Part shown: one piece after another, positions 15,205 to 24,033 of the stretch
Position numbering within the stretch: the first letter of the stretch is position 1
Layout of the letters: every line of letters begins with the position of its first letter
From: Pseudomonadota bacterium
Lineage (GTDB): Bacteria > UBA10199 > 2-02-FULL-44-16 > JBDRGF01
DNA: 24,033 nt
NCBI GenBank assembly: GCA_043818055.1
Contig: JBDRGF010000102.1
Coordinates: forward strand, 1-24,033
Direction of reading: 5' to 3'
The notes under the pieces: generated by a model
Seen by the model: only the letters and a program-made list of their open reading frames with translations
The model's database searches: none
What the model was told of the DNA's origin: nothing
Position numbers and translations under genes: made by a program

Positions 15205-18078
15205 TTAGAAGAGATCCCAAATTGTCGAATCATCAAGATAAGTATCGCTGATTCCGAATGTGCTCAATATTAACTGGAATGGATCAAGAAGCAAACTATC
15301 CGGCATAAAGAATGTCGTATGGAAAATCTCATCAGTCAATGTCAGATCAACTGCATCTCCGCTCTCTGGATCGATGACGAATTCGGGCAATGTCATTTCG
15401 GCAACAGCTACATTGCTGTCGATGTTCATGGCCATATAGACCATAGCAAAGGCCTCGATTACATTGAACTCGGTTGTCGGGGTTACATCAGTCTTTCCAC
15501 CAAGTGCAATAGAAGCCATGTTCAATATTGCGTTCGGCCTTCCGACTGAAAATGTGTTAATACGAGCCTTTAAGTTCCTCGGCGTAATTCCATTGAGAGC
15601 CAAAGAATCGAAGAAACTGAATGTATCACCAGCGCTCAGATCAGGCAGTATGTTGCCTTCGTCATCCGGCTGAGGTGGCAAAGAAGTTGTATCATATGGA
15701 TCTCCGCATACTATCGTCTGAACCGCACCACCCTCGACATCTGGCTTTACAAATGACTTCTCCGCCATCCAACGATAATATTCATCGGCTACGCTATACG
15801 GCATTACCGCGTTGGCAAGATATGGCCTCCACGAGAAGGACAATTCCTCAACAGTGCATAACCCTTCAGCCAGTAGTGTCGGGCTGCACCAGATTCCATC
15901 ACCATCATCTGCTGGCGCGCATAGATCCACCGGCATATCATCGAAATAAGGATCGAATGTGATATCGTAGCTTGGATTCGCTACATCTCCGCTGAAGACG
16001 TAATTATGAACATCCCTGTATTCTAAATCATTCAAACCTGTAATCTGGTCGAGCGGCCATTCAACACAGGTGTTCGTCGGAGACTGAAGCTCAGCTGGAT
16101 CAATCAAAGCACAAAGACTCGTGACGCTGCTCATCATATTAGCAGTATTGTCGATCTCTGAAGTGTCGTGCATGACCAAATAATGGAAATCAGCATCACA
16201 CGTTCCGTCCTCATTCTGAACTATTGTGTAGTGATCTGAATAAGAGACACAAACCTCTATCGGCGCTGCACCTGTCTGCCAGGTATCATAAAGGACTGGG
16301 TATTCCCATCCGGCAATCAATATGCCAGGTCCCTCGAAGAGATGATATCCAGTTTCAAATACATCGACTCCCGGCAATAAAGTTACATCAGCGATCATTA
16401 CGCTATAAACCTTTCCGAGTGGATCAATCATCTCCTGACCTGTCAGCACATCTATCGGTATGGTTGAACCGATCTCATTGGTATAATCATCAAATCCCAG
16501 ATAATAATCGCCATCGACTGCTTGAGTTACTGATGTGATATTCAGATCGATATCCCTTACAATATCAACCCTGACTGGATCGGCTGCACCACCTGCGTAC
16601 GGATCGGCATCAAACACGACAGAGATTGTAGCTCCTCCGGTTTTATTCCACGGAACATGAAGTTTCTTAAATATAATCCCGTGCTTGATCGCATCATTAT
16701 CAACCGACTTCGTAGTAAAGGTTCCAATGCTCTCACCCTCATCGCAAAGAAGCGGCAGGGCTTCATGACAAGTTGGAACTTTAGTGTCATCAGGACCTAA
16801 TCGTGGAACTGTCTCTTCATCATATACGATGTTTACTATCGGAGTGCCATCCGGAGCAAAGCAGTATTGAACTCCGCTGCTCGACTCAAAGCAGAGTCTC
16901 AGCCCCAGAGCGTCCGCATTGACCATAGCATCATAAATCTGATCGGGTGTGACCGTAACTCCATCCACATAAGCCTTCGCCATCGACATTATGCTGTATT
17001 CATCGATAATCGGCAAAAAGGCAATGCCCACATCCTCAGGGTTATTACGATCAATTTCGACTGATGTCGGAAGAACTGCTATGGGGAGAGTCTCACCCTC
17101 AGCGCATCCAGCCGGTTCATCAGATGGACAATAGTTATATTCCATATCTCCCTCTACAAATGGACTTCCCTCATACCTGTAAAAGCAGAACGACTGGTTA
17201 GGACTGTTGAGTGAGATGATGAAACCCAGTGTGTGCAAAATTTCGCACATCGCCTGGCTCACCGCAGTTGGATCACTTCCGGCCGCAATCAGCATACCTC
17301 TGGCAAACGAGGTATAAGCAAGGCTCTTGCACACCTCAGGTAACGTTTCGAATGTTGCCATCAATGTCGCAAGATCTAATGGATCCGATTCCCATGTTGC
17401 AAGCTCTTCGGCTGTAAATTCCCCTTCCATTCCCTGATCCACCAGGGTCTCATAGCAATCCCTGATCTTCGTGATTAGCACATCGAGGTCAAAACCATCG
17501 AGCGCATTGCCTCTGATCCCAAGAATATTTCCGGTGTACTCAGCCGCGGCTGCTGTAATCGTTGAAAGAGGATCCGGCCTTGCTGTTACGACATCTCCCT
17601 CTGTGACATCGACATAGGTGAATAGCTGCATAGTGGCTAGTTCAAGAGGTGTATCCAGCACTACGATCAACTTGTACGTTCCTACAGGGATTGACGAGAA
17701 GACGAACTCACCATTGACTACCGCGACTGATGCAACCAGCACATCCTCCAGGTCATTTAATGTAGCTGTACCGCTGACAGCTGTATCCGTCACAAATTTT
17801 GTCAGGGAGGCAAGCTTCATTCCCTTGCCAACAATAGGCGATACAACCTTCTGTGAGGCACTTGGGAGAACCTCGAAGAAGCTGTCGCTGGAATTAAACG
17901 ACCGCGCATTGGTCAGGCTTGTAAGGGCAACGCCACCGGAGATTTCTCCCACGCCTGTTGTCTGATCGCTGCTATCCCCTTTCGTACCACCGCATCCAAG
18001 TATCGCATTAAATGACAGACTCGCTCCCAGGATGATGAACACTGTTGCAATTAATATAAATAACCTTTTATTCTTCAT
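15205..18078 (-). CDS. Large acidic, Cys-rich predicted surface lipoprotein (~957 aa)
   Basis: GAAGGAGG RBS before ATG 18078; MKNKR, hydrophobic stretch and lipobox ILGC; Asp/Glu/Thr-rich, few Lys/Arg, many Cys. Confidence 0.8.
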   Translation of the reverse strand: MKNKRLFILIATVFIILGASLSFNAILGCGGTKGDSSDQTTGVGEISGGVALTSLTNARSFNSSDSFFEVLPSASQKVVSPIVGKGMKLASLTKFVTDTAVSGTATLNDLEDVLVASVAVVNGEFVFSSIPVGTYKLIVVLDTPLELATMQLFTYVDVTEGDVVTARPDPLSTITAAAAEYTGNILGIRGNALDGFDLDVLITKIRDCYETLVDQGMEGEFTAEELATWESDPLDLATLMATFETLPEVCKSLAYTSFARGMLIAAGSDPTAVSQAMCEILHTLGFIISLNSPNQSFCFYRYEGSPFVEGDMEYNYCPSDEPAGCAEGETLPIAVLPTSVEIDRNNPEDVGIAFLPIIDEYSIMSMAKAYVDGVTVTPDQIYDAMVNADALGLRLCFESSSGVQYCFAPDGTPIVNIVYDEETVPRLGPDDTKVPTCHEALPLLCDEGESIGTFTTKSVDNDAIKHGIIFKKLHVPWNKTGGATISVVFDADPYAGGAADPVRVDIVRDIDLNITSVTQAVDGDYYLGFDDYTNEIGSTIPIDVLTGQEMIDPLGKVYSVMIADVTLLPGVDVFETGYHLFEGPGILIAGWEYPVLYDTWQTGAAPIEVCVSYSDHYTIVQNEDGTCDADFHYLVMHDTSEIDNTANMMSSVTSLCALIDPAELQSPTNTCVEWPLDQITGLNDLEYRDVHNYVFSGDVANPSYDITFDPYFDDMPVDLCAPADDGDGIWCSPTLLAEGLCTVEELSFSWRPYLANAVMPYSVADEYYRWMAEKSFVKPDVEGGAVQTIVCGDPYDTTSLPPQPDDEGNILPDLSAGDTFSFFDSLALNGITPRNLKARINTFSVGRPNAILNMASIALGGKTDVTPTTEFNVIEAFAMVYMAMNIDSNVAVAEMTLPEFVIDPESGDAVDLTLTDEIFHTTFFMPDSLLLDPFQLILSTFGISDTYLDDSTIWDLF

Positions 18079-18127
18079 AACTCCTCCTTCTACCGGCGTC
18101 CACCATTGGACACCACCCAATAAAGAA

Positions 18128-18144
18128 AGCATAAAACGTGCCCA
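18128..18144 (-). promoter_or_regulatory. Putative sigma54 promoter for the large lipoprotein
   Basis: TGGGCACGTTTTATGCT: GGCACG...TGCT with GG-N10-GC spacing, 50 nt above the ATG. Confidence 0.6.
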
Positions 18145-18352
18145 TTACAAAATCTGGAAGCCGGCTTGTAACTTATTAAATTTATACATATTTTTAGAAC
18201 CACCTTAGAACGAAATTTAGACCAGCTAGTAATAACCCACAAAAGTGTTGGAAATTGTATGATTAATTATCTGATAAAATGTAACTCATTGTTTATTAAG
18301 AATATAAATCGTCAATTTTTTAACGCTCATGATTTATGGATAACCAGCAATA

Positions 18353-18365
18353 TAACTAATTGATA
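18353..18365. promoter_or_regulatory. IHF consensus site
   Basis: Minus strand TATCAATTAGTTA fits WATCAANNNNTTR; it lies in an AT-rich spacer, so a chance match is possible. Confidence 0.4.
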
Positions 18366-18437
18366 ATATTACCAATTTATTTCCCTAAATAACTCGATAT
18401 TGACTCCACACAACTAACTTGCGATAGATGATTCCCA

Positions 18438-21071
18438 ATGGGAATCAAAATCATAAAAGGTGATATAAATTCGGGGAGGTCGACGCTTCTTCTTGAACGA
18501 TTCAGCAAAAAACCTTTGAGAAGCATCTATATATTACCAAACCAGACATTGGCGAATGACTTTAAAGAGCGTTATCTGAATCGTTATTCAAAAACAATTC
18601 TAGGGGACAGATTCATACACTGGAATCTCTTCGTGAAACTGATCGCCCGGTTTGAAGGGTATCTACTGGAGCCCACCGACACAACGCTCCTCATGACAAA
18701 GTTGATGGATGATTTTGAACGAGCATACTTCAAGCACAGGACCACGGGATATCTGGCTCATACCATCTCACAAACGACAGCCGCTCTAAAAAGAAATTTC
18801 ATAACACCTGACCGTCTCGAAGATATACTTTCCAAAAGGGGTGGCCCAAAGGAATTTGATCTATTGAGAACATATAATAGATACGAAGAACATCTCGAAA
18901 AGCTAAACCTCAAGGATACATCCTCGCTGCCATCCATAGCGATCGACATGATCAGATCTAAGCGATCGCAGTTCATGAACAATCTGGATCAGATCTTCAT
19001 CGACGAGTTCATACTGATGAATAATGAAATGATACGGATACTAGCTGCCATAAAATCGGCATATCCTAATATCGACATATATGTATCAAGAATTGAAAAT
19101 GAAAGGTTTCCGAAGATCAAAACTCCTTCACTAAGAAGCCTCGATGAGATTTCAGATGGCGATGAACAGCTCGACAATAAAGATGACCCCACATCGATTC
19201 AGATCCCAATCGTCACAAGATCGCCATCGAGCCAGCTCAGTTTTGTAAAAAAGACAATCTTCGAATCGCTCGGCTCATCTGGAAATTACATGATAGTATT
19301 GAGACGTGGATCTCCAATGTTAAGCCTTATAATGAGCATGCTCTCGCTTCAGACAGGTCAGAACAAATCAAATCCCGTGATCGCAACTTTGTTCGACAGA
19401 TCAATCCGACACCTATTTCCAAAATCAGGGAGCATAGATGAATTCATAAAGCTTACCAAAGAGATCATAGGAGAGAGAGATGATGCTGATTTTGACATCC
19501 AAAACAGCACAAAAAAATATCAGCTCGCCATCGCAAGAAGCGTCATATCGCTGAACCAGATCGATCTATTTCTGGAACGCCTGAAGATGAATTCTGATCT
19601 GATGAAGATTCATGATATCAATGCTGATACTTTTATAGAGCTCCTAAAACAGAATATAGAAAACCAGATGAACCCGGTCATCGCGCAGGCTGGGACAAAC
19701 TTGAAAATAAGATTTTTCGAAGATGGCGTAGCCACAAAATTCGAACAGCTGATCATACCCGATTGCACAGACGGAAATTATCCAAAGGCCTCGACCCAGC
19801 GTCTCTTTTTTTCAGAGCCTGACAGCCTGAACTTTGAACAAGACCCTCTTATAGAAGATATCTTTCCCAATCGTGAAACAGATTTTGCGAGGGAATTTAT
19901 CACTTTTCACACCTTCACCCAGAAATGTGTGGGCGAGGCACTCCTCTCCTACCCCGTCATAACCTCGACCGGAAAAGAGAATGCACCCTCTCTCTTCATC
20001 GAAAAGACGGATGTGATAGATCCTCCGGAAAGAGAAGGCTTCAACATCACCTCGGACATCGAATTTAAATCCAAAATTGAACAGGAGAGAATTTCCAAAG
20101 ATTTTAAGACAGTTCAATTTCATGGGAAAATAGAAAACGCTGCGCTCAAAAAGAAAATTCGTTCGCGTTTTGAAGAGGAACATTTTAGCGCCACTCGCCT
20201 CGAACAATATGCAAAGTGTCCATTCATGTTTTTTGTAGAGAAGGTTTTGAATCTGAAGCCTCTTGTCGAAACCACTCCTGACATCCAGCCTCACGATAAC
20301 GGATCGATAATACACAGGGCAATCGAGATGCTCTACAGGGATCACTGGACGCTGCTCCGAAGCTTCGATGACAAGCTTGCGATAAGAGAGGCAATCGACA
20401 AACTCGTGGAAACGACTTTCGAGGAGATGAAGGAGAAGATCAAATACGCGAAAATGGGGTTGGTTAAAATCCGCAAGAAGATGATATCCGAGCTCATATA
20501 TCGACTGATAGAATCGGAATTCGTAGAGAGGTCTCAGGTGAGCCAGCCGCTCACACCTTCAAAATTCGAACTCGACTTTGGAAAGAATGGAAAAGAGGCT
20601 TTGAAGATCGACATCAAAGATGAGAAGCCAGCCTTCATCGATGGACAGATCGATCGCATAGATCTGACCGAGGATGGCGCACGTTTTATGATAGTCGATT
20701 ACAAGTCCGGCAAAGTTGAGAGTGTGATGAAAAAGATAGAGGATGGAAAACATCTTCAGCTTCCGATATACATCAGAGCTGCCAATCTTCTATTTTATAG
20801 GAATGCCCTAGCTTTGGGGGGAGTGCTCGCATCTGTCATCCTCTCGGAAAAGAAACATGGGATCCTTTTGAAGAATTACAACGGCATTCATTACGATATC
20901 AGCACGAGATCAAAGACGCTTACCAAGGATGAGGATTTTGAAAGGATCATCGATAATGCTTTTGAACATGCCGGCGGATATATAAACAAAATAAGGGAGG
21001 GAGAGTTCGTGCCAAATGGCGCCGACTGTCCGATTTATTGTAAATATGAAGAGGTCTGCAGAAAAAGATAA
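18438..21071 (+). CDS. addB: AddB/RexB-like subunit: degenerate helicase fold plus PD-(D/E)xK nuclease with Fe-S motif
   Basis: Degenerate Walker A GDINSGRS, FIDEF, SATRLEQYAKCPF, GQIDRID, IVDYKSG, LQLPIY and C-terminal CPIYCKYEEVC; directly upstream of a UvrD-type gene. Confidence 0.82.
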   Translation: MGIKIIKGDINSGRSTLLLERFSKKPLRSIYILPNQTLANDFKERYLNRYSKTILGDRFIHWNLFVKLIARFEGYLLEPTDTTLLMTKLMDDFERAYFKHRTTGYLAHTISQTTAALKRNFITPDRLEDILSKRGGPKEFDLLRTYNRYEEHLEKLNLKDTSSLPSIAIDMIRSKRSQFMNNLDQIFIDEFILMNNEMIRILAAIKSAYPNIDIYVSRIENERFPKIKTPSLRSLDEISDGDEQLDNKDDPTSIQIPIVTRSPSSQLSFVKKTIFESLGSSGNYMIVLRRGSPMLSLIMSMLSLQTGQNKSNPVIATLFDRSIRHLFPKSGSIDEFIKLTKEIIGERDDADFDIQNSTKKYQLAIARSVISLNQIDLFLERLKMNSDLMKIHDINADTFIELLKQNIENQMNPVIAQAGTNLKIRFFEDGVATKFEQLIIPDCTDGNYPKASTQRLFFSEPDSLNFEQDPLIEDIFPNRETDFAREFITFHTFTQKCVGEALLSYPVITSTGKENAPSLFIEKTDVIDPPEREGFNITSDIEFKSKIEQERISKDFKTVQFHGKIENAALKKKIRSRFEEEHFSATRLEQYAKCPFMFFVEKVLNLKPLVETTPDIQPHDNGSIIHRAIEMLYRDHWTLLRSFDDKLAIREAIDKLVETTFEEMKEKIKYAKMGLVKIRKKMISELIYRLIESEFVERSQVSQPLTPSKFELDFGKNGKEALKIDIKDEKPAFIDGQIDRIDLTEDGARFMIVDYKSGKVESVMKKIEDGKHLQLPIYIRAANLLFYRNALALGGVLASVILSEKKHGILLKNYNGIHYDISTRSKTLTKDEDFERIIDNAFEHAGGYINKIREGEFVPNGADCPIYCKYEEVCRKR

Positions 21072-23967
21072 ATTTTCGCTAACTTTAGCTCAGGAGGATG
21101 CTGCGACGAGCATAGAGACTGCCGTCGCCATGCTCGCAGGGGCCGGGAGCGGCAAGACGAGGACACTGATCGCCAGATGCTTAAACATCATCGGCAACAG
21201 ATGGGATATGTTAGATCAGATGCTCATCATAACCTTCACCGAAAAGGCTGCGGCCGAGCTTAAAAGAAGGCTTAAGATCCACATACCTGATGAGGAGCTA
21301 TTCAGGATAACATCATCCTGGATCGGAACATTTCATTCCTTTGCAGCAAGGATATTGAGACAGCACGCGCCCATATTAGGTTTTAATCCTGACTTTAAAA
21401 TCATCGACGAGAATGCCTCGATCACAAGAAATCGGGATATCATTTCAAGCACTCTGCTCGAGCTTCTCAATGCAGAGGATGAAGGTGCTATTGAGATTGT
21501 AAACGATCTGCAATTCAAAAACACGCTATCCCTTATGGAAAAGATGTTGGAATCGGGCTCATTTACAAGCGAGCTTCTCGATGATGATAAAAAATATCAT
21601 AAAAAGCTTAAGTTTCTATATGAGAGATGTTTGAATGAGATCGAATCATACAGCACTTTGACGCAGACGCTCGATTTTAGCCAGCTAGAGATAAAACTCC
21701 TCGAACTCCTGAAAAAAGAAAAATCGGTATTGAAGGATGTGCAGCGCCGTTTCAAACACATTCTCGTCGATGAATTTCAGGACACGAGCACAATACAAAC
21801 CGAACTCATCTCACTTCTGACGAAGGACAATAGCTCTAAACTCTGCATCGTCGGCGATCCGAGGCAGTCGATATACCGATTCAGGGGAGCTAATAGCAGA
21901 TCTTTTTTGAAAGGAATTTCTATCGTCGATGAAAATAAGGGAGCGGTGAAAATTTTAAAGGAGAATTTTAGATCGAATCCTGTGATTGTAAATTACATAA
22001 ACGAACTTTTCACAAAAATCGAAGATGATCCCGAAAATGCTTACGGCCTCGATATGGATGCAAAAAATGATTCCAAGTCTCTGATGCCTCCACTCGCCGC
22101 CATACGGATCGACCTTCCAGAAAAGACTCTTACTTCTGAACGAAGATCGGCCGAAGCGGAATCGATAGCAAAATATGTCTCACAGATTATCAAAGATGGC
22201 AGAAAGCCCTCTGAAATCGTTTGTCTCTTTAAGGCCATGACTAATACCTCAATTTACGAAGCTGCCTTCAAAATACATAAGATTCCCTACCGCATTCATG
22301 GCGGGTATGCATTTCTCGAACGACAGGAGATCTCTGACCTGATGCTCATTTTAAAATTCGCTGCAAACCCTCATGATTACATATCGATGATGGGGATCTT
22401 AAGATCGCCGATAATTGGTATGTCTGATGAAGAAATCTACGCGCTTGCAGGCCTCAATGGAAAAGATTTAAGAGAGAACCTTCGAAAGACAAACGCACAG
22501 AGCATTTTGAAATTTCTGGAAGAGGATGCGAAGCTTATGCAACCCTCAGAGATATTGACTGAGATAATTGAGAGAACAGATTATACGCACATACTTCACG
22601 CCATCGATTTCTCTGGCAGCATGGAAGCGAATCTTGAGCGATTTATCGACCTCACAAGAAACGAGGAGGATGAGATTTCGACAACCCTTCCAAATTTCGT
22701 TGGATTCTTAAACGAATTGAAATCAAAGGGGGCGAGGATTGGAGATCCGCCAGCGACTGCGCTCACAGATGAAGTTATGAGATGCATGACAGTTCACGCA
22801 TCCAAAGGGCTTGAGTTCCCCATCGTGATACTTCCTGACCTCTTCCACCAGAGAAGAAGCATGAGCGAACCATGGTGTCTATCCCAGGGTGAGGGGTTTG
22901 AGATAAAGGCCACCGACCTCAATTCACCATTTGGAAAACGTCTCGAGACCGAAGAGTTCAAGGCCTTAAAATCGATTGAGGAAAAGGAGATAATCGCCGA
23001 GGAGAAGAGGTTGCTCTATGTGGCTATGACGCGCGCCATGGAACAATTGGTTCTGTTGCTTCATCCAAATATAAAGACACGAGCGAAGGAGACATGGCAT
23101 GATCTTCTGCTCCCGAATACATCGGATTTTTATTTTATAGGGAATAATGTTTTTCATCCTCTTGTCGATATAGGGGCAGGCCCCCGTGCCTTCCCACCAA
23201 ATGAACAAATAGTGGCTGAGTTAAAAAATACAAACTTCAATCTAACCCTGCATCCACAGAGCTTCACAGTTTCGCATCTTGAATGTTACAACCAATGTCC
23301 GATGCAATATTATTATAAATATATTCTAGGATTTCCTCCATCAAGGCACATTTCAAAAAATGAACCTATCAACGCTATCACAAGAGGTACAATCCTGCAT
23401 GGAGTGATCGCAAGGGTTAAAGATTTGAAGAGTATTCCAGATCTCATCAAAACCGAATCTCTGAAGCAGGGGATAATCCCGGATGAAGCAACCCTAACCT
23501 CTTTTCAATCCCTGCTGATGGGATGGCTCGACACTCCTCTTGGCAAGAGAATAGCCGAAGGAGAACATGAATTGAACTTCGAATGGAAAGTTGATGAAAG
23601 ATCCATCAACGGCACTGTTGACTGGTTCCTCTCAAACGACGATGGCATTGAGATCATTGATTTCAAGACTGACAAGGTCGAGTCCGAAGAAGCCGAAAAA
23701 AGAGCTTCCATTTACGATCTTCAGCTTTCGATATACGCACTCGCAATCGAAGCCGCAAAAAAACAGTTAGTAAAAAAAACAAGCATCGTATTCTTAAACA
23801 CAGCTACCACAATAGAAGAAGATTTTGATGACAAGAGAAGGAGCGCTACTCTTAAGAAGCTCAAAGAGATTTTCGACGGAATAGAGAATAGTAAATTTGA
23901 TGCTTCCCCCGATCAAAAATTATGCTATCATTGCACCTACTTTAAAAGAGGATGTCGCGGCATATAA
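21046..23967 (+). CDS. addA: AddA/RexA-like UvrD SF1 helicase plus PD-(D/E)xK nuclease
   Basis: AGAGSGKT, TFTEKAA, LVDEFQD, VGDPRQSIYRFRGA, NFRS, TVHASKGLEF and RLLYVAMTRA; nuclease GTVD / IIDFKT / QLSIY. Start is 21046 or 21016. Confidence 0.87.
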   Translation: MKRSAEKDKFSLTLAQEDAATSIETAVAMLAGAGSGKTRTLIARCLNIIGNRWDMLDQMLIITFTEKAAAELKRRLKIHIPDEELFRITSSWIGTFHSFAARILRQHAPILGFNPDFKIIDENASITRNRDIISSTLLELLNAEDEGAIEIVNDLQFKNTLSLMEKMLESGSFTSELLDDDKKYHKKLKFLYERCLNEIESYSTLTQTLDFSQLEIKLLELLKKEKSVLKDVQRRFKHILVDEFQDTSTIQTELISLLTKDNSSKLCIVGDPRQSIYRFRGANSRSFLKGISIVDENKGAVKILKENFRSNPVIVNYINELFTKIEDDPENAYGLDMDAKNDSKSLMPPLAAIRIDLPEKTLTSERRSAEAESIAKYVSQIIKDGRKPSEIVCLFKAMTNTSIYEAAFKIHKIPYRIHGGYAFLERQEISDLMLILKFAANPHDYISMMGILRSPIIGMSDEEIYALAGLNGKDLRENLRKTNAQSILKFLEEDAKLMQPSEILTEIIERTDYTHILHAIDFSGSMEANLERFIDLTRNEEDEISTTLPNFVGFLNELKSKGARIGDPPATALTDEVMRCMTVHASKGLEFPIVILPDLFHQRRSMSEPWCLSQGEGFEIKATDLNSPFGKRLETEEFKALKSIEEKEIIAEEKRLLYVAMTRAMEQLVLLLHPNIKTRAKETWHDLLLPNTSDFYFIGNNVFHPLVDIGAGPRAFPPNEQIVAELKNTNFNLTLHPQSFTVSHLECYNQCPMQYYYKYILGFPPSRHISKNEPINAITRGTILHGVIARVKDLKSIPDLIKTESLKQGIIPDEATLTSFQSLLMGWLDTPLGKRIAEGEHELNFEWKVDERSINGTVDWFLSNDDGIEIIDFKTDKVESEEAEKRASIYDLQLSIYALAIEAAKKQLVKKTSIVFLNTATTIEEDFDDKRRSATLKKLKEIFDGIENSKFDASPDQKLCYHCTYFKRGCRGI
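23170..23195 (+). repeat. Degenerate GTAG REP in frame inside addA
   Basis: ATAG-GGGCAGGC-CCCCGT-GCCTTCCC, with one mismatch in the tetranucleotide and one in the stem; encodes IGAGPRAFP. Confidence 0.65.
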
Positions 23968-23969
23968 CA

Positions 23970-24033
23970 ATGGATCCATTTCAACTAGACAACATTGTTT
24001 CCAAATTACGGGAGTATTCAGCCCCCTTGGCGC
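23970..24033 (+). CDS. Possible start of the next gene (MDPFQLDNIVSKLREYSAPLA...)
   Basis: ATG 2 nt after the addA stop, frame open to the window edge; too short to identify. Confidence 0.4.
   Translation, partial: MDPFQLDNIVSKLREYSAPLA

Noticed and set aside
18400..18437. Leaderless sigma70 promoter for addB (TTGACT at 18400)
   Set aside because: No acceptable -10 at 16-18 nt spacing.
198..23711. The many antisense or alternate-frame ORFs nested within long genes
   Set aside because: Shadow ORFs overlapping well-supported CDSs, with no motifs or RBS support.
18438..23967. Helicase-nuclease pair as a defence system or Cas4 locus
   Set aside because: Gene order, sizes and motifs fit housekeeping AddAB; the Cys/PD-(D/E)xK similarity to Cas4 is a shared fold.

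Overview
Chromosomal window from a diderm bacterium, loosely deltaproteobacterial in character; the taxon cannot be fixed from the sequence. Left to right it holds: two orphan minus-strand ORFs; two divergent, equal-length COG1672-like STAND/AAA ATPase genes, each bracketed by copies of one composite GTAG-REP repeat; a peptidoglycan turnover locus (minus: peptide ABC binding protein, two permeases, nagZ; plus: dacB, mltD-like, small lipoprotein); comEC with an upstream orphan; a ~957-aa acidic Cys-rich lipoprotein; and an addB-addA helicase-nuclease pair. Most intergenic gaps are filled with small repeats: GTAG REP hairpins (two copies in frame inside comEC and addA), heptamer arrays, CCACCTTCCCCC...GGGGAAGG double hairpins, and a nested 131-bp MITE with a 4-bp target duplication. 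Three orphan-led units each carry a sigma54 -24/-12 motif. The best candidates for an undescribed system are the repeat-gene-repeat-gene-repeat ATPase array with apparently leaderless promoters and the putative sigma54 set that includes comEC. No transposase, integrase, tRNA, rRNA or CRISPR array was seen.
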